Part shown: one piece after another, positions 17,476 to 26,699 of the stretch
How positions within the stretch are numbered: the first letter of the stretch is position 1
Layout of the letters: the number at the start of each line of letters is the position of its first letter
Assembly (NCBI GenBank): GCA_025340205.1
Contig: CP006868.1
Span: 450,001 to 482,000, forward strand
Reading direction: 5' to 3'
Length of the DNA stretch: 32,000 nucleotides
From: Ignicoccus pacificus DSM 13166
GTDB taxonomy: Archaea > Thermoproteota > Thermoprotei_A > Sulfolobales > Ignicoccaceae
Translations under genes and position numbers: made by a program
The notes under the pieces: model-generated
What the model was told of the DNA's origin: nothing
Databases searched by the model: none
Seen by the model: the letters and a program-made list of their open reading frames with translations, nothing else

Positions 17476-18698
17476 AGCTCCACGTACCTCCTCAAGTTCC
17501 TCCTATAAGCAAAGACTCCCAAGGCGAAGAGGACTGTGGATGCTAAGAGGAGCTTGACAAAAGGAACCAGTTCCTCGGCTCCCCTTCCTAGCACCAGCAC
17601 CCCTCTGATGATGTCTATTCCCCACGTGGGCGGGAAGACTTCAGCTAACGTCTTGAAGTAGCTCGGCAGCATCTCCTTCGGAATCCATATACCAGCCGTG
17701 AAGGTGAAGAGGAGGCCTAGCATCACTCCCAAGTTGGACGCTCCCTTAGCGGTCTTACTAACCAGCGAGAGGAGGAACCCCATGCTTATTGTTGATATTC
17801 CGACCAGCACTAAGGAAACCAAGGCTATCCAGTCATAAGGGTTGAAGGGGTTCCAGAGGACTCTGGCTCCCATCGCCAAGCCGCTGAGGACGACTGCAAC
17901 GGCGGAGATGCCAAGTATGGTCAAGCCTCCCAGGAGCTTCCCCAGCAAGAGCTCCCCTTCCGAAACTGGGGAGGTCAGTATCCTATCCAACGTCTTCTTC
18001 TCCTTTTCGATAACAACGGCTGTAGCTCCGATGATGAGTCCCGTGTAGAGGAAGCTCATCCCTATTGCTCCCCAGACGAGCCATCCCAATATGCTGGCCC
18101 TTTGAGCCAAGGTGGTGGGCGTCATCCTCTTCATGGTAACGTTTAGCGGCTCTATCAGACCTTTCATGAACTTCATCACGAACTCATTGCTTCCTATGTA
18201 CTTTATCACATATTCCAACTTTCTCTTCGCGATTTCCTTTGAGAAGTAGTAGAGGAATGACCTAACGCTCTCCTCGTGAAGCTGTACCGAGAGGGAAGAT
18301 CCTCCGCTTACGTAGACCGTTAGCCTAGCCGTCCCGGAAGTCAAGTTACGGTAAAATCCCTTAGGGATGACTATCCCCGCTCCTATCTTCGCCTTCTTCA
18401 AGTCATTAACTAACTTTTCCATACTATTGTACCTAATTACTTTAAATAGTTTAGTTCCATTGTACTTCGCTTTTTCCATAGCTTTTATGATCAACGTACC
18501 GTTTGGGTCATGGCTGAGAACACCCACCCTCACCGTAACCGGCTTCCCGCTGGTGGAGGGGAGGAAGACGTTGGCCGTTATGAACAATAACATTATGGGC
18601 CAAACTATTACCCAGAAGACGTCGCTCTTGTCTCTGGCAAACGTCCATAAGCTGTACTTTACGAATGCCCTTATCCTCCTAGCCTTCATGCACCTCAC
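17472..18698 (-). CDS. ABC-2 type transporter permease
   Basis: Large extracytoplasmic N-terminal domain then 5-6 TMs; VIEKEKKTLDRILTSPVSEGELLLGKL is typical of ABC-2 permeases. Confidence 0.88.
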   Translation of the reverse strand: MRCMKARRIRAFVKYSLWTFARDKSDVFWVIVWPIMLLFITANVFLPSTSGKPVTVRVGVLSHDPNGTLIIKAMEKAKYNGTKLFKVIRYNSMEKLVNDLKKAKIGAGIVIPKGFYRNLTSGTARLTVYVSGGSSLSVQLHEESVRSFLYYFSKEIAKRKLEYVIKYIGSNEFVMKFMKGLIEPLNVTMKRMTPTTLAQRASILGWLVWGAIGMSFLYTGLIIGATAVVIEKEKKTLDRILTSPVSEGELLLGKLLGGLTILGISAVAVVLSGLAMGARVLWNPFNPYDWIALVSLVLVGISTISMGFLLSLVSKTAKGASNLGVMLGLLFTFTAGIWIPKEMLPSYFKTLAEVFPPTWGIDIIRGVLVLGRGAEELVPFVKLLLASTVLFALGVFAYRRNLRRYVEL

Positions 18699-19578
18699 CC
18701 ACGAGCTTTATGAAGACATCTTCCAAGGAGGGTTTCTTTACTTCCAAAGACTTCAACTTGATTCCTCTAGAGTACAGTTCGTTTACGACAGTTGGAACCC
18801 TCTCGTCGGGGCTTTCTACGAGAAACCTTACCCTCTTACCTTTTGCTATGCATCCCATCTCTTCACATAGCTTTCTAGTATCGATTTCCTCCTCCACTTC
18901 AACTTCAATAGCTCCACGAGGAAGAAGTCTTCTCAGCTCCTCCGGGCTTCCCTCCGCCACTACTTTCCCTTTATAGATTATATAGACCCTATCCGAGTAC
19001 CTCTCCGCCTCCTCCACGTAGTGAGTGGCGAAGAGCACTCCTTTTCCTTCCTCCTTGTACTCGTTCACGAGTCTCCAGAAGTCCCTCCTCACAGAGGGGT
19101 CTAAGGCAACCGTGGGCTCGTCCAATATGAGGAGTCTTGGATCGTGGACCATTGCTATTGTGAGGGTGAGGGCCTTCTTCATCCCTCCGGAGTACTTCTC
19201 CACGGGGTCCTTCAAAGGAAGCGAAATGCCTAGCTCTTCCAGCGTTTCCTTAACTACCCTTAATGCTTTTGAACAGGGTATGGAATAGAGCTCGGAGAAG
19301 AAGCAGACGTTCTGCCTTCCGCTCAGCTCCTCCCTAAGGCCTCCCTCTTGAGGGACGTAACCGAAGAGCTCCCTCGCCTCCCTAGGATCCTTTCCCTCTA
19401 TTTCCACCCTTCCCTTTGTAGGTAAGTAGATCCCTGTTATCACCTTCAGCAACGTGCTCTTGCCGGAACCGTTGGGACCCAAGAGGGATACGGCCTCCCC
19501 CTCTCCTACTTTAAGGCTTATTCCCTTGAGGACCTCGATCCCTGACAAGCTCTTCCAAAGGTTATCTACGACGAGCAA
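18679..19578 (-). CDS. ABC transporter ATP-binding protein
   Basis: Walker A LLGPNGSGKSTLLK, signature YSGGMKKALTL, Walker B LLILDEPT. Confidence 0.95.
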   Translation of the reverse strand: MLVVDNLWKSLSGIEVLKGISLKVGEGEAVSLLGPNGSGKSTLLKVITGIYLPTKGRVEIEGKDPREARELFGYVPQEGGLREELSGRQNVCFFSELYSIPCSKALRVVKETLEELGISLPLKDPVEKYSGGMKKALTLTIAMVHDPRLLILDEPTVALDPSVRRDFWRLVNEYKEEGKGVLFATHYVEEAERYSDRVYIIYKGKVVAEGSPEELRRLLPRGAIEVEVEEEIDTRKLCEEMGCIAKGKRVRFLVESPDERVPTVVNELYSRGIKLKSLEVKKPSLEDVFIKLVGEVHEG

Positions 19579-19795
19579 GCTCGGGTCCCGAGAGCCCTCC
19601 TAAGGGACGAAAATTAAGGTATGTAATCGTTCCGGTTTCCCGGAGCTCGTACGTACCCTCTAGATCAATTGCTGATGTCACGGCATCCAATTAGTATTAC
19701 TTAAGCTGAACGTTAAGGGCAAACTTCAAAGGTGTTCGAGCATTCGAGGGCTACTTTCTTCTACCTCCTTCTCCAAACTCATTACGCAAAGGTAG

Positions 19796-21382
19796 ATGAA
19801 AATGAGGAAGGGCACACTACTAACCTACGTCGGCCTCGTCACCTTCTTGCTCGGAACAAGCATAATACTGACGTTCGTAATACCGGCTCAGCTGTACTTC
19901 CTCGCCCCGGGAGCTGAGGACGCTTGGAAGTACGTTAAGGTAAAGGGTATTCTCATTTCCAATCATACGGAAGTTTTTATGAAATATAACATAACTAAGT
20001 ACGAAGGCTCCAAGACTTGCATTCAGTGTCACAAGAAGGAGACCAAGGACTTCGTGCACTCGATCCATTACAAGATGTGGAACTACGTAAATGACATAGT
20101 AGGTAAGCCTAGGGTGAAGGTTGGAAGCAGAGTGCTCTACAACGACTTCTGTGGTGCCATATTCTGGAATATGACCAAGCCAATAAATTTCATTGGTAAA
20201 ACTGTTCTCAAGAATGTTCCGAATGACATGGAAAAATTAAAGGGAAGGGTCGTCTCGACCGGCTGTTCCGCTTGCCACGGCTCCAGCTTAGGCAAGGTTC
20301 CAAATATAGAGCCGAACGGCAAGGACCTCGAAAACGTCGACTGCTTGGTCTGCCATTCTCTCAAATACAGAGGAGGACCCCTTGGAGTAGCGAAGGGCTA
20401 CAGGAAGCTCGTCAAGACTGAGGACGGCTGGAGATACGTCCCTGACATCTCGATAAAGGACGCCGCGTTGATATTGGCTAAGCCCGGGAAGGACTCTTGC
20501 TTGGCCTGCCACGCCTACTCAGGAGGAGGTCCCGGCTTCAAGAGGCCCAACTTAACCCCCGATCTGATGGGGAACGTGTCGGAGCACTTCGACGTCCACA
20601 TGGCTAGGGGTCTTCACTGCGTGGACTGCCATCCTTTCGAGGACCACAAGGTGGCCACCAAGGCCGTGGATACCTTTGCCAGGGAAGGAAAGGCGAAGAG
20701 CTGCGTCGATTGTCATCCTCATAGGCACAGAGCTCCCATCGTCGGATTCTTTATCGAGAGATTCCATAAAAGGGTGAGCTGCCAAGCTTGCCACATCCCC
20801 TACATAGCTCATGGTAAGTACCCAACTGACGTTAAGAGGGATTGGAGGAAAGCGGAGTTCAACTACGAGCTGAAGAGGTGGGAACCTGAGATAGAGCTGA
20901 AGAGAGACGTCGTTCCGACCTACGCTTGGTGGGACGGACGGGATAGGATCGTCTACCCCGACAAGGTTACTGGAAACGAGATAATCTTTGCCAAGCCAGT
21001 CAAAGGAAAGAATGCCAAGATCTATCCCTTTAAGGTCCACATATCATATGTTCCAATCGATAAGGAAAAAGGCGTACCAATACCCATCAAGGTTGGGATA
21101 GTTTTCAGCACGGGAAACGTCACCCTAGCGATAAAGAAAGGAGCTGAGATAGCGGGCTTGAATTACACCGGTAACTTCATCAAGGTAGTTAGATACATGA
21201 GCGTGGATCACGGAGTGGTTCCAGCTAAGGAGGCCCTCAAGTGCACGGACTGCCACAGTCCTTGGACTAGGATGCCTCTGAAAGAGCTGGGCTATGGTCC
21301 TCTTCCAGAAATCGCTTATTACGGCGCTCCTCTGCTCGTCCTAGCTGGCTTGGCGCTAACTCTGTTCTCAATATTGTCCTAA
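19796..21382 (+). CDS. Membrane-anchored octaheme cytochrome c
   Basis: Eight CxxCH motifs (CIQCH, CSACH, CLVCH, CLACH, CVDCH, CVDCH, CQACH, CTDCH) with N- and C-terminal TM segments. Confidence 0.93.
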   Translation: MKMRKGTLLTYVGLVTFLLGTSIILTFVIPAQLYFLAPGAEDAWKYVKVKGILISNHTEVFMKYNITKYEGSKTCIQCHKKETKDFVHSIHYKMWNYVNDIVGKPRVKVGSRVLYNDFCGAIFWNMTKPINFIGKTVLKNVPNDMEKLKGRVVSTGCSACHGSSLGKVPNIEPNGKDLENVDCLVCHSLKYRGGPLGVAKGYRKLVKTEDGWRYVPDISIKDAALILAKPGKDSCLACHAYSGGGPGFKRPNLTPDLMGNVSEHFDVHMARGLHCVDCHPFEDHKVATKAVDTFAREGKAKSCVDCHPHRHRAPIVGFFIERFHKRVSCQACHIPYIAHGKYPTDVKRDWRKAEFNYELKRWEPEIELKRDVVPTYAWWDGRDRIVYPDKVTGNEIIFAKPVKGKNAKIYPFKVHISYVPIDKEKGVPIPIKVGIVFSTGNVTLAIKKGAEIAGLNYTGNFIKVVRYMSVDHGVVPAKEALKCTDCHSPWTRMPLKELGYGPLPEIAYYGAPLLVLAGLALTLFSILS

Positions 21383-21385
21383 TTT

Positions 21386-21862
21386 TTATGAACAACTTTG
21401 TACCATTCCCATGTACCAGTTCAAGTTTCCTGCCTTCGCTCCCATTGTAACGAACACGTTTAGCGTGACGTTGCTTCCAGCCTTCGGTACCTGACAGTAG
21501 TAGGGGAACCTTACATGATAGACGGTGCTTCCGTTTAAGATTACCGCTATAGTCGGGGCGCTCTCTATTACCGTTCCGCTAACGGTCCTTGGCTGTCTGA
21601 CCGTGTAAACGTAGTTCACTACTGGCCTCGTGTAGTGACACTGGGTGCAGAAGGGGTCTCCGATCGGGCGAGCGCTTGGAGTATTCTGAGTAGTAACAGC
21701 AGTACAATTGCCAGGATAGCAATAGGGATGAGCAGTTGGAGGATTAACCATAGGAGTCCCACGAAAGGGAGCTGAGCCATAGCTCGGACAAGGCCTTCCC
21801 CACCAAGCTAGGGAGAGCGAGGCCAAGGCTAAGAGGAGTACGAGGGTAAGGGACCTCCTCAC
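21386..21862 (-). CDS. Small exported monoheme CxxCH protein
   Basis: Signal peptide MRRSLTLVLLLALASLSLAWW and CTQCH. Convergent with the octaheme gene. Confidence 0.75.
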   Translation of the reverse strand: MRRSLTLVLLLALASLSLAWWGRPCPSYGSAPFRGTPMVNPPTAHPYCYPGNCTAVTTQNTPSARPIGDPFCTQCHYTRPVVNYVYTVRQPRTVSGTVIESAPTIAVILNGSTVYHVRFPYYCQVPKAGSNVTLNVFVTMGAKAGNLNWYMGMVQSCS

Positions 21863-21923
21863 GTTTTCACCGATCGTTCAGCCTCGAGGATTTAAAAGAG
21901 AGGAGCTCACGATTTGTCTGTTT

Positions 21924-22232
21924 CTATTCACGGTACAGAAGTTCGTAGTGTCTCACCTTCTCCGGAAACTCGAGTAGGAAGTCCTCGTCTTCCGGATAGT
22001 ACTTGGTCTTTTCATAGTCCTCGCCGGCGAACACCTTAATAGAGTCTATGTCCTGCCATAGGGTTATTATCATAAATTTGACTGCGTTTCCTTCCTCCCT
22101 CTTCAATATATAGACTCCTAAGTTGCCCGGAACGGACTTGTAATCTGGAACAGCCCTTTCTATTAAGAACTTACCGTATTCGTCCGCTTTCTCCTTAGGT
22201 ACCCTTCCCTCCCAAATCCTAACGACTACCAT
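21924..22232 (-). CDS. Small ABM-like (dimeric alpha/beta barrel) protein
   Basis: MVVVRIWEGRVPKEKADEYGKFLIERAVPDYKSVPGNLGVYILKREEG...FMIITLWQDIDSIKVFAGEDYEKTKYYPEDEDFL resembles antibiotic-biosynthesis-monooxygenase-like proteins. Start set at ATG22232. Confidence 0.65.
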   Translation of the reverse strand: MVVVRIWEGRVPKEKADEYGKFLIERAVPDYKSVPGNLGVYILKREEGNAVKFMIITLWQDIDSIKVFAGEDYEKTKYYPEDEDFLLEFPEKVRHYELLYRE

Positions 22233-22407
22233 ACCTCTCAGCTCGTTGTATGCTAAATAATCGAACAATAAAGGCCCAGATTCCCTCAACTCTCCCACAA
22301 GGTAACGCAAGTATTCCTAATTCTGAAGTCCTCCAAATTCTCGAAGTAAGTTTGGTTAACCTAATGTCGATAAACTGATCTTTCGGTCTGCCTAACGGGT
22401 TGGTAAA

Positions 22408-23358
22408 GTGAAGTTTCTGCAAGAAAGGATGATGGAAATCTTGCTGATTGAAGCTGTACTGTTCACCGCCTTGGGTTCCTTCGTTTCCTTCAAGCCTCTC
22501 AAGCCCACGGTTCCCTTTGCTGTATTCTTTATGATATTACAGCCGATGATGGTAATGAACTTCAAAGCGTTCTTCGAGGAGTGGCACAGGAAGGCGAAGC
22601 TTATCTTGCTGATATTGATACTTTACTCCGTTGCCTTTCCGCTGCTAACTTGGGCCTTCGCGTCAGCCTGGTTTAAGGTCTCAGTGAGCTTGGTAGCGGT
22701 AGGAGCCGTTCTGACCGCCTTAGCTCCAGTAGCCATGCCCGCCCCCACGTTCGTGAGCGCCCTAGGAGGAGATGTGGAACTCAGCGTCGCTAGCATTATA
22801 GTAACATTCTTAGCCTCATTAGTTGTAATGCCTACGTGGGCCTACCTGATACTTCATAAGACGGTCAACGTTCCCATAGGGATGCTTGTAAAAGCCATAG
22901 CTGAATACATAATACTACCCTTGATCGTGGGCCAGATCTTAAGGTACGTTACTTTAAGGTCTGGAAGCTTCGAGAAGGTGAACAAGGTTCTCCTAGACGT
23001 TAGCTTGCTCGCGATGTACTACTTAATAGCGACGATATTCGGAAGCGCTTCCCACGCGATAACGTCCCTAGGGCTTGCGATAGCGTTCTTCATGGTAATG
23101 GTTTACGTTTACTACTCTATAAGGTTTGGCATGACCTATGGGATAGGGAAGGCCCTAGGCCTCAACTGGAAGGAGCTGATAGCTTTGGTTTATGCCGCTT
23201 CGGTAAACGGCGCTCTGGGAATGGCCGTCTCCTTGGGAGCCTACGGACCGGAGGCAGCGGCTGGAGCTGTCCTCGCTGGGCCTCTGGGAGTGTTAGTGAT
23301 AATGATATTGCTAGTTAAGTTCTTCAAGAAGAAGTCACTTGGTAAGGGTGGCGGTTAA
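22408..23358 (+). CDS. BASS/ACR3-like (bile acid:sodium / arsenite) family membrane transporter
   Basis: 316 aa, ~10 TM; LTALAPVAMPAPTFVSALGGDVELS and ASVNGALGMAVSLGAYGPEAAAGAVLAGPLG. Confidence 0.6.
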   Translation: MKFLQERMMEILLIEAVLFTALGSFVSFKPLKPTVPFAVFFMILQPMMVMNFKAFFEEWHRKAKLILLILILYSVAFPLLTWAFASAWFKVSVSLVAVGAVLTALAPVAMPAPTFVSALGGDVELSVASIIVTFLASLVVMPTWAYLILHKTVNVPIGMLVKAIAEYIILPLIVGQILRYVTLRSGSFEKVNKVLLDVSLLAMYYLIATIFGSASHAITSLGLAIAFFMVMVYVYYSIRFGMTYGIGKALGLNWKELIALVYAASVNGALGMAVSLGAYGPEAAAGAVLAGPLGVLVIMILLVKFFKKKSLGKGGG

Positions 23359-23850
23359 GGAGACGCTGACCCTTAGCGTTAGAGATGGAGGGGAGGGAAG
23401 CCTCGTGGTAGTTAAGGAAAGCGGGGACTGGACATATGAGAGGTTTATCTCTTCTATCTCAATTCTGGTATAGTTAAGCTCCTCGCCTATGATCTTTACC
23501 TTTCTTAAGGCATCCCTTATTGCCTCTCTTAAGGCCTTCTCGTAGGCCATCTCCAAGCTCTTTCTCGAAGGCTCAAAGGTCACTCTTTCAATCGTGCATC
23601 CGGAGAACCCTATTAGCTTCAGCGCCCTTCCGAGCTTCTTTATGGGTACCTTTATCAGTAAGGAGTAGGTAGAGAGATAGGAGGAGCTCCTTTCATCGTA
23701 CCAAGAGTTGAAGCCGGTAAGATATATCGTAGCGTTTCCTATTACTTTGGTCAAAGCATTAACCTTAGCTCTGGCCATCTCCTCCGAAATGACTGGAGTC
23801 GAGGCCTTTGCTGAGCAAGAGATTGAAAAGGAGGCTATTTCAGGCTTCAT
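23335..23850 (-). CDS. SIMPL/DUF541-like protein; N-terminus probably extends upstream to ~23937
   Basis: IGNATIYLTGFNSWYDERSSSYLSTYSLLIKVPIKKLGRALKLI...AYEKALREAIRDALRKVKIIGEELNY fits SIMPL. The frame stays open upstream and encodes a signal peptide. Confidence 0.65.
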   Translation of the reverse strand: MKPEIASFSISCSAKASTPVISEEMARAKVNALTKVIGNATIYLTGFNSWYDERSSSYLSTYSLLIKVPIKKLGRALKLIGFSGCTIERVTFEPSRKSLEMAYEKALREAIRDALRKVKIIGEELNYTRIEIEEINLSYVQSPLSLTTTRLPSPPSLTLRVSVSLTATLTK

Positions 23851-24056
23851 GGAAACGGTTCCAACTCCTATTACGTGAACTTTCAGCGAGAGTGCTACTA
23901 AGGAAAGAAGAAGGAGAAATAGGACGTGCTTGATGATCCCTCACCCTATGTGAGTGCACATCAATTGCTAAAGAGTAAGCTCCATAACCTAAGATCCTCA
24001 TCTAAAGCAAAATTTATTAACTAAGGTAGGGTGGTGGAGATCGGAGGGTCCGAGGA

Positions 24057-24135
24057 GCGGCGGTCGTCTAGCCTGGACTAGGACGCCGGCCTGCCACGCC
24101 GGAGATCCCGGGTTCAAATCCCGGCCGCCGCACCA
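24057..24135 (+). tRNA. tRNA-Gly(GCC) with encoded CCA; intact copy at the left end of the element (attL)
   Basis: Acceptor GCGGCGG/CCGCCGC, anticodon arm CCGGC-CTGCCAC-GCCGG (anticodon GCC), T arm CCGGG-TTCAAAT-CCCGG, then ACCA. Confidence 0.96.
24075..24135 (+). repeat. attL: 61-bp repeat, 3' part of tRNA-Gly
   Basis: GGACTAGGACGCCGGCCTGCCACGCCGGAGATCCCGGGTTCAAATCCCGGCCGCCGCACCA. Confidence 0.95.
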
Positions 24136-24271
24136 ATTACCTTCTTCTAGCCTCTCCCATGTCGAGCATCTCGAGGAGGGGCACGCTCTAGCGGTTGACT
24201 GTTCGAAAACAAGAAGCTCTCGAAGTTCTTCCCTCGAACCCTCCATCAGTTGCACGGATCATATCAACCCC

Positions 24272-25555
24272 ATGCAACTGAAGTTAGTAAGCGAACTTAA
24301 TGCTTGGGTCAGAGTCAAGCTAATCCGTTCAGCTCTCGAACACTTTACAGTGGAAGAACTCTCAAAGGCCCTGGGCAAGAGCAAGAGCACTATCTACCGC
24401 TACTCCAAAGGAGATGTAATCCCAAGCGAGGAAGTCGTAGCGAAGGTCTTGGCGTTGCTCTCTGTTGACGTAGCCTTCGCTTCAGTGGGCAAGGAAGTCC
24501 TCAAGGCCTACGGCTTGCTCGACCACGAAGGCAAGCCGAGGCTCGTACCCATGCTAGCTATCCTGAGCGTTGCCTTGGGAGATCCTCTCCTCAGGAAGTT
24601 AGTCCTCGAGTGGGTTTCAAGAGCTTTAGGCAACGAGGTGACTGAGCTCAAGCCCGAACCGGCTTTGCTCATGAAGTGGGAAGACGTCTTCGAGGCCTAC
24701 CTCAAAGAGCGTAAGGGCATAAGTGAGGAGCAAATCGCTTACTACCGCTCGCTCTTTGAAAGGTTCTTCGAGGGCAAGGCGTTAACCGAAGAGTTCGTGG
24801 AAGAAGCCTCGAAGTTCCCAGGGTGGGCGAGGGTCGTCTTTAGGCACTACTTGAACTGGTTGTTACTCGAGCGGAGGGTTGACAGCGAGTTCGTAAGCTG
24901 GGCCTTGAAGAAGATTCCTACGAGGGGCTACAAGGTAAGCGTGAAGGTCCATGAGATAAGCTTTGAGGAGGTCACGAAGACCCTGACTGTGCTTAAACAA
25001 GAGAACGAAGAGATCTATTGGCTCTATCGCCTCCTCCTCGAGAGCGGGCTCAGGCTAGCCCACGCCTTGGAGTTAATCGCTTCATGGAATCCCACCGAGA
25101 AGGTCTTCGTGGAACCCTTGGGCAAGGTTGAGGAGAGGTGCAAGTGCTTTGAAACGCACTGCCGCTGCTGGCTGGGGATCAAGAGGGGCAAGAAGTCCGC
25201 GCTCTGGGCTTTCATGAGCAAGGAGACCTTTGAGGTGCTGAACGAGATAGCTCCGACCAAGCTCTCGAGACACTGCGTGAGCAAGAAGGCGAAGGCTCTG
25301 GAAATCCTTGAGCCCTCGAAGCTTCGCAAGTTCTCCGAGCAATACATGAAGGAGGCGTTCGCCAAGAAGGCACAAGAGCTGGGCGAGCACCCTGAGGTCA
25401 TAATGCAGTTCGTGCAGGGGAGGACCGGCGAGCTGAAGGTCTCTCATTTGTACTACGACAACTTACTGAGGAAGACCGATTTCGTTTACCCGAGCTGGTT
25501 GGAGTTCTTGGGAGATGTGCGCTTTGGTCCTTTGGAGAGAGGACTCGTGGGATAG
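24272..25555 (+). CDS. int: Archaeal tyrosine recombinase/integrase with N-terminal HTH
   Basis: HTH-like VEELSKALGKSKSTIYRYSKGDVIPSEEVVAKVLALL. C-terminal SGLRLAHALEL, KLRKFSEQYMKEAF, FVQGRTGELKVSHLYYDNLLR gives an Arg...Arg...His...Tyr layout. Located next to attL. Confidence 0.85.
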   Translation: MQLKLVSELNAWVRVKLIRSALEHFTVEELSKALGKSKSTIYRYSKGDVIPSEEVVAKVLALLSVDVAFASVGKEVLKAYGLLDHEGKPRLVPMLAILSVALGDPLLRKLVLEWVSRALGNEVTELKPEPALLMKWEDVFEAYLKERKGISEEQIAYYRSLFERFFEGKALTEEFVEEASKFPGWARVVFRHYLNWLLLERRVDSEFVSWALKKIPTRGYKVSVKVHEISFEEVTKTLTVLKQENEEIYWLYRLLLESGLRLAHALELIASWNPTEKVFVEPLGKVEERCKCFETHCRCWLGIKRGKKSALWAFMSKETFEVLNEIAPTKLSRHCVSKKAKALEILEPSKLRKFSEQYMKEAFAKKAQELGEHPEVIMQFVQGRTGELKVSHLYYDNLLRKTDFVYPSWLEFLGDVRFGPLERGLVG

Positions 25556-25566
25556 GTGTTGTCTTG

Positions 25567-25606
25567 GGACCAGGGGCCCCCGCCTCTCGGACCAGGGGCC
25601 CCCGCC
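25567..25606 (+). repeat. Two exact 18-bp tandem copies of GGACCAGGGGCCCCCGCC with a 4-bp spacer
   Basis: Copies at 25567-25584 and 25589-25606, between the convergent int and DUF3800-like genes. Confidence 0.9.
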
Positions 25607-25660
25607 CGTTCCATGATAACATAGTATACTGGGGTTATTAAGTTTTTGTCAACTACAGTG

Positions 25661-26653
25661 TTATTGAAGTATGCTATCACAATTAAGATATATCTTATTG
25701 CTCCCTGGCTTTCTACACAACTTGGGATCACTGGAATACGTAAGTAACTTACAATTGAACTCCAACTTATCAAACCACAGCTTCACCGACTCCTTAATCT
25801 CCTGAGACACCCATCTACCTATTAAGATCCTCCTAAGCGAATACCCAACCAAATCGGCTAACTGTATCAACGGGTTGAGTTGAGATTCGTGTAACTGAAA
25901 GGTAATTATTTTAGAGTAATCAACCCTATTGGATGTCGTAGTTATTTCATCCTCCCCAAAGGACACTAAGAGAGCAGTTATCTTTGCATAGAGACTGGAT
26001 GGAAGGACGTGAGCGTCTTTATCTATCCACAGAATAACTTCTGAATTATCATGTGCTGTAACGAATCCCACAATGCGTTTTAAAAGCTCTGATAAGACAT
26101 AGCCTTTAGCGATTGGTATTATGTTAAATTCAAGTAGCTCCGGTATCTTAACTATGATGTCTAGCTCGTCACTCCTTCTAGAATGTAGGTAATCTTGAAG
26201 AGCATCAATGAGGAGGTATTGCGTTCTGATCTTTAAACATTCCGTGTTTGTTGCTACGAAAGCGTATGTCCATTTAGTGTCAGCGCTTAGTCTGATGTGC
26301 TCCCTGAGTACATCTAACACCTTAGAGAAGACTTGTTCAATAACGTCATGGGGCACATTAAGATCTCTAAGTGCATTGAACAGGAAACGTCCCTTTACCT
26401 CAAAAGGGATGTCGCTTCTCTTCTTGTCTCTCATACGTTTTAGTACATCCTCGACAGATTTGTTCAGCTGTAGTTCTTGAAAAGCTTGAGAGAGAAGTTC
26501 CTTCCAGTACTCTTTGGAAACCAGCTTGTATGTGTCATTGTAGATGTCAAGCGGTACTATAAGCGCGCCCATAGCGAATATTGATTCATGACTGGTTATT
26601 GGTATATTCTCTTCTACATTGCCGGTTTCGTCAATACCCGCGGCGAATAACAT
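25661..26653 (-). CDS. DUF3800-like protein, accessory cargo
   Basis: FAAGIDETGNVEEN near the N-terminus, MGALIVPLD, EVKGRFLFNALRDL, VILWIDKDAH, and C-terminal ESQLNPLIQLADLVGYSLRR match the DUF3800 layout. Confidence 0.6.
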   Translation of the reverse strand: MLFAAGIDETGNVEENIPITSHESIFAMGALIVPLDIYNDTYKLVSKEYWKELLSQAFQELQLNKSVEDVLKRMRDKKRSDIPFEVKGRFLFNALRDLNVPHDVIEQVFSKVLDVLREHIRLSADTKWTYAFVATNTECLKIRTQYLLIDALQDYLHSRRSDELDIIVKIPELLEFNIIPIAKGYVLSELLKRIVGFVTAHDNSEVILWIDKDAHVLPSSLYAKITALLVSFGEDEITTTSNRVDYSKIITFQLHESQLNPLIQLADLVGYSLRRILIGRWVSQEIKESVKLWFDKLEFNCKLLTYSSDPKLCRKPGSNKIYLNCDSILQ

Positions 26654-26699
26654 ATATTCCCCACCAATTGTCCTCTTGTCTACCCGTGTTTAACTTTTG

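Noticed and set aside
23998-24255. 85 aa reverse ORF with GGRDLNPGSPAWQAGVLVQARRPP
   Set aside because: This is the antisense translation of the tRNA-Gly gene, a common annotation artefact.
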